Positions 37,615-52,495 of a DNA stretch of 64,000 nt are shown piece after piece. Made by a program: the position numbers and the translations under genes. Source of the stretch: Mytilus californianus (Eukaryota). Position 1 is the first letter of the stretch; the number at the start of each line of letters is the position of its first letter. Where the stretch lies: contig NW_026262745.1 in assembly GCF_021869535.1 (NCBI RefSeq), forward strand, positions 10,726,001 to 10,790,000, in the 5' to 3' direction. The notes beneath the pieces are model-generated. The model was not told the origin of the DNA. It saw nothing but the letters and a program-made list of their open reading frames with translations, and ran no database searches.

Positions 37615-38690
37615 TTTTTATACGACCACAAAAAATTTTGCGGTTGTATATTGGTATCACGTCGTCCTCAGCATTGTCCAAAGACATTTGGTTTCCGGAC
37701 AATAACTTTAGTAAATGTAAATAGAAATCTTTGAAATTTTAACACAAGGTTTATAACCACAAAAGGAAGGTTAGGATTGATCTTGGGGGTTATAGTCCTA
37801 ACAGTTTAGGAATTAGTGGCCAAAAAGGGGCCCAAATAGGCATTTTTCTAGTTTCCAGACAATAACTTGTGGAACGGTGTATGGATCTCTCTGAAATTAT
37901 ACCACAAGTTTCCATACCAGAAAGGGATGGTAATACTTAGGATTGGCTTTGGGGGGTTATGGCTCAACCCGTTTAGGAATTAGGGGCAAAAAAGGGGGAA
38001 AACAAGGGTTTCCTGGTTGATGGACAATTAAAAAAAGTACAATGTAAAGTTTGGATTACCTCCCTTACACTGCTTTTAAATTATGTTAAAGAAATGTTGT
38101 ATTGTCTTGAGGTGATTTGCTGTCAATTTATTTTTAGAAGTTACCATTTAAAAATACTGATTAAGGAATATTAATTTTAGCCATGATTATGTATGTCATT
38201 TTCTATTTTAAGACTTTTATGATGTATTTAAATGGGTAATCATGGTTGCAAACTCCATAGATTATGACCATATCTTGAGGGGGAAAAGGGAGGGGGGGTA
38301 AAAAAGAGATTGTGAGGGGGGGGGGACAATTTTTTCTCATTTCAGATGTCAGAAATAAAAAAAAGAAAATTTCTTCGAATAAATTTTTTTGCCAAAAAAA
38401 AGGGAGGGGTAACATTTTTTTTTTTTTTTATGGGGGGGGGGGGGGGGTCAATTCCCAACAGCATAGTGTATTGCACAAAAGCAAAAAATTGAATATAATT
38501 TCAAATCATATAATTAATTCTAAGTTCTTTGACTACAGTTATTCTGTGTCAGAAACCTATTATGTGTCAAATATTTAATTACAATCCAAATTCAGACCTG
38601 TATCAAGCGCGAATATTGTGTCCATTTTTGCCCCAACTGTTCAGGGTTGGACCTCTGCGGTCGTATCCAGCTGCGCTCGGCGAAGTAATT
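37615..38690. mobile_element. HINE family D
   Basis: 5' tatacgaccacaaaaaattttgcggttgtata inverted repeat, two ~161-bp monomers, 3' tgcggtcgtat plus a short hairpin, T-rich insertion site, internal G runs. Confidence 0.7.
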
Positions 38691-41021
38691 TATTTTAAAT
38701 ACTGAGGTGGGGTTAAAATACCATATGATTATGGACAATATTTTTGAATAAATGCTTAAAGATTAGTTTTTCATCTTCCCGACTTTGTTTTTGTTTGTTT
38801 TGGGTTTTTTTCCAAGGAGGATCGGGGGAGCCTGAATTTGACACATGAGAATTGAATTAATGCAATAACCATTCCTAAGGACTGATATGTTACTTATTCT
38901 AAGATTTACACATTATAAATTCTTTAAGCTTCCATTTCTTTTCTGTTCTACGAGCTTGCCCTTAAGTTCTATAATGGCTTGCACAAACCTATAATGACAC
39001 AAAGCAATGGTAATTACAATTCAATAATAACAAAAATAGAATGACTTATTCAGACTTCTTAATTGGAATGTCTGTTTGAATTCCATACCACAATATGATT
39101 AGCATTAAGGAAGCTTAGCATTTATAATATCTGCAAATACTGCATCTCACAACTACTTATTTACTATATTTGTAGCTAATACCATCGAACAGACAGCAAC
39201 CAAAACATCCCTCTCATTAAATCTATTTTAACTTAGGATAAGTGGAATTCCCACCTGCCAAATACAATCATTCTTTTAGAAAAAATCATGTCTGTAAGGC
39301 AGTTAAAGGATGTTAAAAGAGTCATCATTGGGTCAAAACCACCCACATCCAACTTCAATATAGCACTACAAATCAATTACTTGTTGTTTAGAAAATTTCA
39401 ATAATGTGGTCAGTGGTCTTGTCTGCATACCTGTCATCAGCTGATTGTGATAGGTAACATGACCTCAATTATCACCTTGATTTACAAGAAATTACTCTTT
39501 AGCATGACATAGTCTGGTAGTAACCACCAAACAAAACACATCTACTTGGCGGAAATTGTCAATAGCTACAAAAATTCCTAAGGCAATTATGATGAATTTT
39601 CAATGGAAATGTTCTCATTAATTCATGTCCAAAATAAAATATTGTTATTCATATTTTCTGAACTATAAAATGCAATTTCAAGATCAAGTGAGAAAGGAAG
39701 GTCAACATCATAATTGTTGGAAGATCAAAATAAAATATTTAATCTTCAATAGTCCCAGCATTTTCCAATTACTTCAACAAATAAACTTTACTATAGAAAA
39801 TAAAAGCATCCATAACATTATATATGCAGACAAAGTAAGATCACAAGAATTTATAAACCATTGTTAATAAAATGTTATTTGGTTTGCTAAAAGTAACCAA
39901 ATGTCTTTTTTTCTATGGATATACTCAGCGGAGGACTATATATCACTTAGCAATAACTTTCATCTTTTTTAATCAGAACTTTATTAAGGCATTTATATAC
40001 ATTAGGCTTTGATTTTAAACAATATATGTATTTCAAATGATCCAACATAAAACCTGTATAACCAATCTTTATAAATCTATTTAAAGAAATATCTTCCTAT
40101 CAAATTCTTGTAAAACACATTTGTGTCACATTAGAAAGTATATTATGAAGTAAAGAATACATGATGATGTGCAATAAACGTCCTGTTAACCTGTCGAAAA
40201 TGTCACACCTGCTTCCAAACCTAAATAAACCTTAAACCACAAAGTAAACAGTATTATGTCTATACCACTAATAATGACTCACACTTTATCCCTTATAAAG
40301 CATCTAAAGTGTGACCTTTCACCTCTGTCAAAACAAGTTACAGTAAGGTAAAACAGATGATAAAAAATCTTATTATGTGACTGAAATAATTCTATACATA
40401 ATTTTTTATTTAATTTACACGTTTATTGCCCATTGAAATGCTGTTGTGCAATCATCCTTGGGCTTTTCATCAACTCTGCAATTTTAACACATCATTAAAA
40501 TTCACTGCAGGACTTTTGAGTAAAGAATTATGAACATTAAGATTCCTTAAAGAGTAGCAATGGGTGATCACAAGATTTTTACTCAACATATAGAAACCCA
40601 ATAATCATTTTTTCTACTTAATCAAATATTTAATGTGGTACAATAGTGCCAAATACCAGGTTATGATTTCATTATGTGTTACATAAAAGTGACAATGAAA
40701 GATTGAATGTAAGTTCTAAGTATTTGAGAAATATTTTCAAACCTACTTGCCAAAATTTTAGAGTGTGAAAGCTAAATATGTACACTTTCACATTGGAAAA
40801 GATTAAAGACATCTTTTTAACTGAATACAAATAGTCCAGATCTTGTATCACATTCTTCTTTCAATGGCAAATAAAGAAATAAATGTGTGAATTTATTCGT
40901 AACATTAATTGAGCCCATAATGCTATATCTATCAAGATTAAGCTGATTAAGCAAAAATACTTTATTTTTCATGCGAAGATTTTCAAATATTATTTGCATG
41001 ATAATTCAAATAGTTCATTGA

Positions 41022-41129
41022 AGTATTTTTTGTTTCACATTAGTATTTTTTGTTTCACATTAGTATTTTTTGTTTCACATTAGTATTTTTTGTTTCACAT
41101 TAGTATTTTTTGTTTCACATTAGTATTTT
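41022..41129. repeat. Perfect tandem repeat, 5.4 x 20 bp (agtattttttgtttcacatt)
   Basis: Five identical copies plus a partial one. Confidence 0.95.
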
Positions 41130-42476
41130 ACAGAACTGTTTATACTATTTCATACTAAATAAAAATACTTTTTAAAAGTTAGTTATGCTATGATCTGGGT
41201 TTTCTTGTATTAAATTACTATCGCCACAGTTTAGCCTTTTTAATGCACTAATGTGCCATCATCATTCACACTTCTCCCCTTTCCCTTAAAATTAAAAATA
41301 ATTAATGTAATACAGATTATTTCAATTCTGTTAACATAAATGGAAAAAGCTGAACTACCTCAAATATATTTCTGATTTAAAAAGTTGTCTCCCTTACCTC
41401 TTTTTTCAAAACTTCTTGTTGCCCTTTATATTTGTAACTATTTTAAATTTCAAGAATATAGTATAGTATTTTAGAACAATCAGTGTGTATTACTCATATT
41501 CAATCAAGAAAGGGAAAACTCTGTTCTTATGTAATTGATTTAAACAAAACCTACATTTTTTTTGCTTTACACTTCTCTCATGGCTATCAATTTTAAATAA
41601 TAATATAAACGAAGTTCTTCATTTAAAAGGTAACATGGTCTGTCCTGATCAAAAGTATATAAATGTCTTATATGCATATATAATAACTATATGCAATATT
41701 ATATATATTGTGTCATGAAAGGTTTGTTATTGCATGATCAATTCAGTATCGGTATATCTATCAAAGAAAACTTGATCTTTTGTCATGTTTGTTTTAAAGT
41801 GATCACCCATACCAAAAACAAGCAAATTTTGAAGTACTAATTCAATTTTAAATGTACCAGACCAGTGAGCTTCTTGAAAATATATTTATATCATTTAGTA
41901 ATCATCTTTCAGCAAACATTCTGGCTTTTAATATGATGGACTAGCAAGAAAATACTTTCTTTAAATGTGATAAACAGTTCCAAACAAAAAAAACATTTTG
42001 TTCTCTTAAAATCCAAATCTGTGTAAATTATAAGAAAGAGTTTAATGTTATTTTCCCATACATAACAATAACTTTATTTCCATAATTTGTCAAGATCCCC
42101 CACAAACCAGTGTCTACATGGTACCTGGGTACCAAATATCTATCATACTAAAACTTTACACAAGTTATCAAAGTGCATATGTAGGTTTTTCAGTATTTAA
42201 ACCATGAAAACTTACCAAAAAAGATACATCAAACATCACAACAAAGGTGGTAAAACTGCTTTGATTTCTCACCTTTCTGACCTATATTAAGTTGTAGAAC
42301 ACCACATGATAACATTGCACATTCTTAAAAGTTAATCAGTAAGCATGCTCTGAGCATCCTTTAATTCAATGTCTGCCCATTACTGTGGGAATATTTATCA
42401 AATATTTGAAGCTTTCAACAATTAATCTGTTGACAGCTACAAATAAACAATCACAACTCAGATATTGCAATGTGAT

Positions 42477-42560
42477 TTAACTACAGGCGATGTCCGCTTT
42501 AACTACAGCGGATGTACGCTTTAATTACATCGGATGTACCTTAAACTACAGCGGATGTGC
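42477..42560. repeat. CpG-rich tandem repeat, ~3.7 x 22 bp (aactacagcggatgtacgcttt)
   Basis: Imperfect copies read directly. Confidence 0.8.
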
Positions 42561-45500
42561 AATCTTAGCTAAAATTGCAATTGTATTTTATCTACAGCTG
42601 TCTCTATGTTAATTAATAATCATGATAGAGAAAATCGAAAAAACAAGTTCCAATCAAAAAATTCTAAATGTCTGTTTGTTTTTTCTCAGCCACAGTATTC
42701 CACGGACATCTGTGGCAACTTTTATTTTCTTGTTCGATTTTCAGTGGTTATCATGTTGGCTACTAAGCTGCACTGTCATGTCAAAAATATAATTTTGCGA
42801 CATATAGTTTAGACTGGCAATGGTGGAAGTTTTGTGCATCCAAAAAACAGTGGAATAACCTAACATTTTGCGTCTGTACCAATTCAGGCTATCTTGATTA
42901 TGATTTGTTTATATTGGTTTGTCTATTTGTTTACCAGGTGTTGGGTGTTGGTTTGTACTATCCCATATTTTTGGTATTTTTTATGTACTACTATATTTTT
43001 AACCCAAGTTTTAAGATAGAATACTAAAATGACTAAATGCTGGATGATCAGAAATAAAGTCCATGTATAGTATTATTATTACCTATAAATTACATAATTT
43101 TTGAAGATAAAAACACTGCTTCTTCCACTACTTTAAAATACAAGTTCAAAGAAATTATCAACTTGACACATGTAAATGGTATTCAAGTGTGATCGTAGTA
43201 CATGTATACAAATAGTTCCTTTAACATCTATATGAAATAAACATAAATTTGGAAATTTTAATCGCCATAAAGCAACTTAATAACAACTTTTATTGGTATG
43301 ATCAATTTCCTTTAAATGACTAAACATCAACCAAAAAATATGCAAAATCGGCAAAGGTGCAAAAGTATTTAAAGTCACAATGCAACAGTGATTTTAATGG
43401 GTCTTTATGATTCATAAATAACCGATCAGCCGAAAGGTTTATATGTGCCTGCAAGGTATAATATTTAATAATACTTGTAGCTTAGGAGGTATTTAAGAAG
43501 GTATAACATCGAAACAGACGACAGGTGTTTGATATCAAAATAACAAAATGATCATTTATATGCACATTTTTATATAGAATATGTATGCATTTTTTGTGCG
43601 AAGGAGCAAGCTGTTTCCATGTTACATATAGGACAAAAGACAATCTCCCAACTAAGAGACTTTAAGCATTATATTTCCGAAGGGTGAGAGATATGCATTA
43701 GTGTTTATCCTGCCCAAAAATTATTTTCAATGACAATGAAAGTATTTTTTTTTTCTATATCATGTTTTGACTCCCACAACTCAGAATTAATCAAGTCTAT
43801 ATTTTCGTTGCTTTTTGAATGATTCATTTTAATTAAGCCAATGAGGTAATTTCTTTGTAACCTGAGTTCATGTTAATTAATTTCTTCCTTGATTAAGGAC
43901 CAAAAGAAACATAAATTTAAATTTCAAATAAAAAAAAAATCTAATGAAGAGGATTTTGATATCAAATATTTTAGTAAATTTTAGAGTCAATAAATGTTCT
44001 TCTTTTTGCAGACGTGTTAATATTCAATAATAGTACAATAAAGACTCACAATCTATATAAAATCATAAGAAATTTTTGCTCCCCTCACATAATTCAAATT
44101 ATTCTTCAACATTTTTGTTTGACTCACCCTATGGATATCTGATGGGTCTCCTACATTGTTTGAACAAGTAACCGAAGTCCCGTTTTATTTGCATACCTAA
44201 GCTTTGATGCACTTTGTACATGTATTCTAAAAGGAAATGAATCCAGGCAACACAAAAAAGATACACTGTCATAAAAATCCACAAAAATATAATATATGAC
44301 TTAACTTACCCTAAAACAAATTAAATCAACTTTGATGTCATATAAAATTCCACCCAGCACTATCTCTTTCCTTCAGGGAATAAACCACACTACTTGAATT
44401 CTCCCCCAACAACTTAATTCCACGATAAAAAGGTAGATCACATAATATTGTCAACGACAAACGTCAGTTAGTCTATAGGTAACAATATTAAGAAGAATAT
44501 AGTCCTCACATTCCTTCTATTGTTTCGTATATGTAAAGAATACACAAGTACAAGATCAACTGACAAAATACAAACAATTAAATCCCGCTAGCTTCAATGT
44601 TTTCCCACACTTCACCGAGCACCAAAGGAACATGAAAACATATTAATTTATTGGTAAAATCGTTTTACCCTTAAACAGCTCCCCAGCCATTCATGCAGAA
44701 CAAAGTCGTGTGATCAACTATTGGGTAAGGGACCATAGTATAATCATATTTACAAAAGACGACTGCAGTTTTTTTTTCTATACAAGGACATTGAAACCTT
44801 GCACAATACTGAACAAAAACAAAAAGAAAACTTTCCAAGTGCACAATACACTTCATTGAAGAAGAAAATTGTGTATTCATCTAGCGATGTCTAAACATGT
44901 TTTTTTTAAAACAAAACCTTCATTTTTCTTTGATGGCTGATTAATTTGACAAAATCCCCCTGCTTTTTCATTAACCTATTGATATGTGACTAGATAGGTA
45001 ACATGAATTAACTTTTAAATTACTGTGTTCTAGTTAGTTGCCCCAAGTGAACATGGATTTTCTGTCATATTTAGTTAGATATATATTTGGCATGAATACA
45101 TGTGTAAACGATGTAATGTTCTACAAAATTTCTTACAAAATTTTACATGATAAAATTTAAAATGGAACGCCCATCATTTAAAAATCCATACAATATTTAA
45201 CGATGTTTTATGACAAAACATGCATGTTTGACAACATATTGAATGCATGTAGTGTTTCTGATTTTAACATTCAAATGAAAATGATTTACCACTTGAAATT
45301 TTATTTAGGTCTCATTGTCAGAGGGGCAAAAGGACCCTTTTCAAGACATCTGGATTGGATTTTTTTTTTTTGCAGGAATGCAGGATTTATGTATCAAGTC
45401 TTTGATGAAATTAATGATAAATTTACTTTCAGGATCTGGGAAAGAATGTTTTATTTCTTTTTCTGAAATTCAGGATTTAGTGTTTCTTTTTCCAGGAATT

Positions 45501-48500
45501 CGAGACGACATCCCCTCTTACAACTCTTTGGTAAGGTTTTAAAAGAAAATAATGCATTGGTAGCTTAAATATCTTAAAAATGCCAAACATTTACTTAAAG
45601 TTTCATTAAAAACAATATATAATCAAATATTTCCCAACCAAATTTAGTTTTCAGGCACTCAAATAGAAATAAAATCTTTTTGTATTAATAACATGCAGAA
45701 CCTAACACTGAGGTATAATTTTTTTTTAAATTGGCCAACCAGAATCAGTGACTGCCATTTTTTGCCAGGTTATTCCAATGAGGATCATTTATAGTGAACC
45801 CTAAAATCATCATTACTGCAAAGTTTAACTAACACAGTTTCAAAAGATGATAAAAACGTGATTTTCTTAGGATATGCATGCAAACTGTATTGGCAACCTA
45901 AAAAATGGCTAATCCCACAGGCGTGACTATTAAATTCTAAATAATAAAAAAAACAAAGGATATGCGGTATCCATCCATGACACAAAATCAGTAGCCCACT
46001 ACAAAAATTTAGATTGGCAACAACTTCATAAGGTTTTGGTTTGAGAATTGTCTGAAAAATGGTACATAAAATGCATACAAAAATAAAAGTTTGATGTAAT
46101 TTTAACAGCATAACAGTCACCATACTGACTTAATTAGCTCAGTATCAGAGATTATTAGTGCTAAAGATATTTTCCTTTATCTTCTTCAAAATGACTCAAG
46201 AGAAAGCTTATATTAGTATAGATTTGTTATATATCATTGCAGAATTGTCTTCAATTCCACAATCTAAAGTCAACAGAAAACAAATTTTTGTCATGTTTGA
46301 TTTCACATCTTTTTATAAATCACATGCAGGAGATAATCCAATATATCATACAAATTTGTATTCTATCAAGCTCAATCAAAATAACTAGACCACATGGAGT
46401 TCAGAATGCAAGTCAGATTAATTATTTATTCTTAGCATATAAATCTTAAATTCCTTTGACAACTGAGAATTTTTATCATTTATTTATTAGGGCTAATTGT
46501 TAATATCCTAGTAGCATAGTCTACTATATTCATACCATTAGAGACAAACAGACTGAAGCTTTTTAAAAACTTGTCAAATAAATCAATTTTAAATGGGACA
46601 AAATTTGAAAATAAAATCTTCACATTCTTACAGAAATTGAAAAGAAAATCACAGGCACTAGGGGAATAGACCCCCCTTTTTCCAAATTTTTTTTTAATGT
46701 GTTTAATTTTTATTTAGTAAATGTATCCTTTAATATTTTAACTTATTTCCATTATTTAAAGTGTTCTTGCACTTAAAACCATACATCATTATGGTAACAG
46801 TACTATATATATATCTGTATGATGCCCCTCTATCATAAAAGAAGTAATCAGAACTTCCTTGATTTTAAAACATCTTATTACACAAACATCAAAGTCACAA
46901 TTGTATTTAGTTTGCATTTCTGTTTCAGCTTTTATCTTTCTTGAAATAATCGGAATTTTAATTCAACCTCTTTGTTCTTTATTAGCTTGGTGGTAATTTT
47001 TCAAGTAGTTTGAAATTTGGGGATTGGCAATTCCACATTCCTTGAAAGATCCTTAAAGGTGTTCTGATATTTGTTATTTGCAATGTACTTTATTAGAACT
47101 CAGCCTACATTAGGTATTTCATGTGAGTGTTTTGTAGAATTTGTTTCTTTGAGTCTGTTGCATATACACATTTTGTCTGCCTCTTATGTTAATCCATTAA
47201 TGATATATATATGCTAATTAAAATTGATAGTTAAATTTATTCACAACTATTCTAGACTCTTGGACATAGAGAGCCTGAGACATCCTATAGATGTTCATGA
47301 TGTCAATTATTGAAGGCCATGTTTTGAAGTGTAGATGTCTTTTCACATTTTGTGTCATTGGTTTGCTGTCTCATTCATGCATAATCCCAAATCCTTTGTA
47401 TTCATAAGACTGGCACAGTGATTTAGTTTGTCAATTACTTACAGGATTCCAGTGGCATGAGTAAGGTAATACAACCTCCCCTTTAGGTCACAAGGTCATA
47501 TTCAAAATTTGAAATTTCCTACAGTCACCAGGTCACTTTTAAGTATTTAATACATTTAAATAAAACACTCAGTTATGAAAATTTTAAAAGGTCACAGGTC
47601 CTTCAAAATGAGACATCTCGGGTCACAAGGTCTCCTGCCAAACTTGCCAAAGTCGCATATAGGATTTCACCATGTGTATCACATCTCCTCATTTTTATAG
47701 ACATATTTCAAACATTTAACTGGTTCCATTACAGAGCTGTTGATTTCTGGTTAATACAATATGTTTTCCAAGTTAAGCAAGGTGAAAAATTTCTGTTATC
47801 ATATGGTCATTATTTTTTCAATATTAGTGACACATCCTTATAAGTACATCCCCTATTTGTTAGTTCTTTATTGAATCAGTCTCAGGGTAAAATAAGTCAG
47901 CATCTTATAAAAAGACAACACATTCTTGATGAAATTATACTAATAAATTTTACACATGAACATAAAGATATCAATTTTATATCTATATCCACAAGACATT
48001 CCTGGACATAACTGTTAAATGAAGGACTGTTTTGCCAAATATTTTTCTTTCTAAACAAACATTTAACTTTATAAAAGTGGTTCTAATGATAAACATCTAC
48101 ATTTGTCACTGTGGATGCTGTCCCCTTAAATACAATATGTACCCTTATGTCCTTCTGCTCATTCTGTCACAGCTGAGACAATTGAACAAAATAAAATGCA
48201 TTCCTTTCAATCTCCAAAACATAAATGTACAATGTCCACTTTGCAATCATGCCCCTTTTCTGTTGTTTGATCTTTTATTTTCATTGCAGTGCCTATACAC
48301 AAAATTATAGGGCTGCCAGGAATAAATCTGTCAGAGACTCGTTACACCCATGTTAATATTTGGTAAAACTTACTACTAAACATTTACAAAAATTAAACCC
48401 AAAAGACAATGTTCTGTAAATTGTGTTTTCAAGCTAGTTTGCAAAAATATTATTTGGTGCAGACTGTGTTGCAAATCTATAGATGTTCAGCATATACCTC

Positions 48501-50436
48501 CCCCTTTTTTGTTGTTTTCCCGTAAAGAAAACAATATAATTTCTCACCGAAAAAGTGACATTAAACTATATCATTATTTTTAGACTGATAATGATAATTT
48601 AGTTTGCAAATCTGAAACATTTAACCACTTGGTAAGTCAGTACATCATTATCCTACCTTGTATAGCTTCCTTAACCATTACAAGCCCAGTTACTTATTTT
48701 TCTTGCTAGGGTAACATATGTAAAATGATTAAAACATCTTCAAGCTGAAATTATACACTGTAATAGATTACAGAAATGTTCTTGTTATAAATGTAATTAC
48801 CATTCATTGCAATAATCATTATTCATGTTATTAGGTAATTCAAATCTTTAGAAAAATTCTACAATAGTTTAAATGTAACACAAAAGTCTCTTATTAATGC
48901 TCTAATTATCAAAGCCATTGACCAAACACTCCAATCCATTTAAAGAATACAAACTACCTTAGTGGACAACCTGATTAGGACTAATTCTTGATGTGAAATG
49001 ACATAGAGTTACACAACAGTTCAATCTGAGGTTACAAAAGGGAAACCACAACTACTGAGACTAAATATACACTAAGTAACAGCCCTGAATTTTGTCTAGT
49101 AACCATACTTTAAAAATTTAATCTTTCAAGTATCCAAATTTCCTATTAATTACCAAAACTATAAAAAAATATATGCAGTACAAATGTTTGCCCTTTATCT
49201 GGACCTCACATTTTTCCCATTCAAACAACTTCTAGAAAAAAAACTTCAAACGATTTCAATTTAATTTGTATTACAAATATAGAAATGTCACGATTCAAAC
49301 TTTTCTATAAAGGGAGACCTAAGCAATTGACCAATCAAGGACAAGGTAGACATTATTCACGATTTAATTAGTAGGTCCAATCACACGCTAGTTCTGTCTA
49401 CACAGAATACATGACCTTTTATGTCATAATAACGCAGAACTGAGAGACCTCCTATGGGGTAGTTATCAGTCTGTTGTTCTAAAAAGTGTCAATATTGTCG
49501 TTTTAACAGTCAATTTACTTGCAAGTTCTATACTGTCTATATGATTTACTTAATAGTCAAAATGCCAATCAGAACACCAGGTGAGATCCTGAAGGTCTTT
49601 ACATGTAAGATTATTCTAGAATTTTTTTTTAATTCAAGTCATTCCAAATTGCATTTCAACTGCCACAGAACTTAACTATGCCAGAGTACAGGTATAAGAA
49701 ATGAATTACATTCTCAGGATTGTTTTACTTACTATATTTAACATAGTTTGTTAATCTATAAGTAAACATACGTTTTTTATTTTCTAATAACAGCCCTGTG
49801 TGTCTCATGATAGCATTCTCACCTTGAGTGCAGGAAGTTAATAGTTTCAATTAATAGGGGATAACTCAAAAAAATTAAATTGTGTCACAGCATTTTGTGA
49901 TCTTTTGTTGTTTGAACAAAATGGTCAACTTAAGAGAGTCCAGTTTGTGCGATATGGTTTTCTGAGACAGTTACCTTGTGAACTAGAGTGTTGAAAATCC
50001 TGTACAGCATGCTATTCTAGTACCAAACAGGGTTCACAGGTCATTTCCCATTCTGAATATGCATTAAATACTGCCACTGGATATTAAAGATCTATCTTTT
50101 CATGCTACTTTAAGAACTTAGGTTGATGCAATTTGTACTATTTTGCTTTATTACATATTGATAAATTGTGCATAATTTGGTAAGTTATATCTTTTTTATG
50201 AATCAGTTAACAAGGCATCGATTCAATATAAACAAAACCTCTAGTAACTAATTACTCTGACAGTCTTATAATAAAAGGAGTTGAATCCTTTTCCAATCCC
50301 ATCCAAATACAATCACAGAAAAACTTGGATTATGTTATGTATGAAAACGTTTAGATATAAATTGCATCTACATGTGGAAGTTTTATTTGTGATTTTTTTT
50401 TCCACATGTTGTTTCTTCTTACAACTGTTAACTTAC

Positions 50437-50546
50437 TGTGATATGGCTCTCTGGGATAAATCTTCAAGGTCACAGGGGTCAAACAGCTGATTCTCTTTCA
50501 GTCCAAAGTTTTTCTTACAAGCATTGAGAAATACATTAATATTGTC
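50437..50546 (-). CDS. LMO7: LMO7-like exon C (CH domain), DNINVFLNACKKNFGLKENQLFDPCDLEDLSQRAIS(Q)
   Basis: tattttag acceptor, gtaagt donor, 110 nt, phase 0 to 2. Classic CH motif DNIxxFLxAC..FG....LFDPxDL. Absent from the ORF track. Confidence 0.92.
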
Positions 50547-52115
50547 CTAAAATATAAAAATATTTTTGAATAAAAAATGTATTTACTGTTATATATACAT
50601 TTATCTGATAAAATTCTGCCATATTTAATCAAATTGCAAACACTGAAGTTACTGTTGTATGTGTTAAGCCACATTGAAATTTGAAATCTTAAAGACCCAT
50701 TATGCAAAAGAGAGTCACACTACATTTTGCGATGCAGATCCAGGATTCTGAAAAAGGGAGCCCACCAAGGCAACTTTAGGGCATGGACTTTTAAAAAGCC
50801 TATGCATTTATATTCAACCAATTAAAAACAAACAAATACGAAAGAACCTCAAAAAACTGCAAAGATCATCTAAAGCAGCAATAACCGTAAAATGGATAAC
50901 AGGAATTACCAAAAATACTAGACAGTACATTTGACCAAACAAACCACCAATCTATAACAGAACCTCAAAAAAATAAACTTACAAACAAAGAAAAACAACA
51001 AGTTCCAGTTTTTTTGGTTTTTATTCGTTGTGACTCAGCTCCCACAAACACACCCTTTAACAGGTTAGAATTCAGTCTTAAAATTTGTGTTACTCTAAGA
51101 AAAATAACAGCCCAGGAACAGAACACATAACCTCCTGCACTTCAGGCAAATCTGCTGTCACAAAACTGCTGAGTCAGTGATTTTCTGGGGGGAGAAGGGA
51201 GAATTACAAAAAAATATTCTAAGAAACATGTGAAGTAAGATGTAATAGCACCTACAGCTGCTATAACTATGATCATATGACAAACAATCTTCAAATTGAT
51301 CTTTTTGAATACAGATAATGAACTTTTGTAAAAGGATAGTGCTTTTAAAATAGAAACAGAACTCCTACTTTTTTTTAAAATGCAGTTTAAATTTGAAAAT
51401 GATTTAACATTATTATATCAGATATGCCACCCGTTTAAATCTTTTTAAATAAACAAGCTGTGTTTGCACTAAATTAATGGTCCATGGTGTCAAAAATGCA
51501 GTGTACTTTTGAATATTTGTGAAAAAAATCTATTTACTTGGAAGTTTCAAGTTCCGCTATCTGATGTAAATTTTTTAAATCTCCAATAATTGACATGTGC
51601 ATAAAAGAATGATGTATTGTTGCATAGTCACCCGACACAAAAATGCAGTCGTTTATTTGTTAAGGAATACGCAGTTCATGACTCTTTATCCTACACTATT
51701 ATTAACAAATGGTATGTTGAAATACAACTTATTTCAAGAAGTATTTCTTTCTGTTCATTAGTAACCTCATATCTTCCAAAACATTACAGAAATTTTATAT
51801 TTCCTCAAAAATTATTATTTTTCTACATTCACTAGATGTTTTTCTCTGTTTTGACTGCATTTGTCCTTTGACCCCCAGAAACACCCCAATGAATTTGACC
51901 TTGATTTTTACATCAATGAGACAAATAGGCGTGTCATCCTGGACATGCAAACTACTACTTACAAACCAATTATGTTGAATATCTTAAAGGAACCAAATTT
52001 GTATGGAGGCCAAGTATTCTGAAATATTTTACTTATTATATCGAATAGGGACAAGACATGATAATAATGCTTAATACATGCATTATTTTACATGCATCCA
52101 AAATGATATATACTA

Positions 52116-52495
52116 AACTTTTTTCAACTAACTAATAGTTTGTTCTTATGTTGTGCTGTTACACCACTGTCCCGGGTTAGGGGGAGTGTTGATCGCTCAC
52201 AAACATGTTTAACCCTATCACAACCTTTATGTGCCTGTCCCAAGTCAGGAGCCTGTAGTACAGTGGTCGGCCATATTTGTTTTTCGTAAATTGTCTTGTT
52301 ATAGATTAGGCTGTTAGTTTTCTCAATTGTTTCATATTTTTCATGTCAGGACTTTTATAGCGGACTATATGGTATGGGTTTTCTCATTGTTGAAGGCCGC
52401 AGTATACGGTTGCCTATAAGTGCTTACATCCACTTCATTTGAACTTTGGTGGATAGTTGTCTACTTGGCAATCATACCACATCTCCTTATTTTTA
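52116..52495 (+). repeat. Second long copy of the same retro-tail repeat
   Basis: Collinear with 1570-1970 (accactgtccc.ggttaggggga, gtcaggagcctgta, ttgttgaaggcc, ggcaatcataccacatct). Confidence 0.75.

Noticed and set aside
49795-49850. Possible third SINE head
   Set aside because: Too short and degraded, with no convincing box A or B or downstream core.
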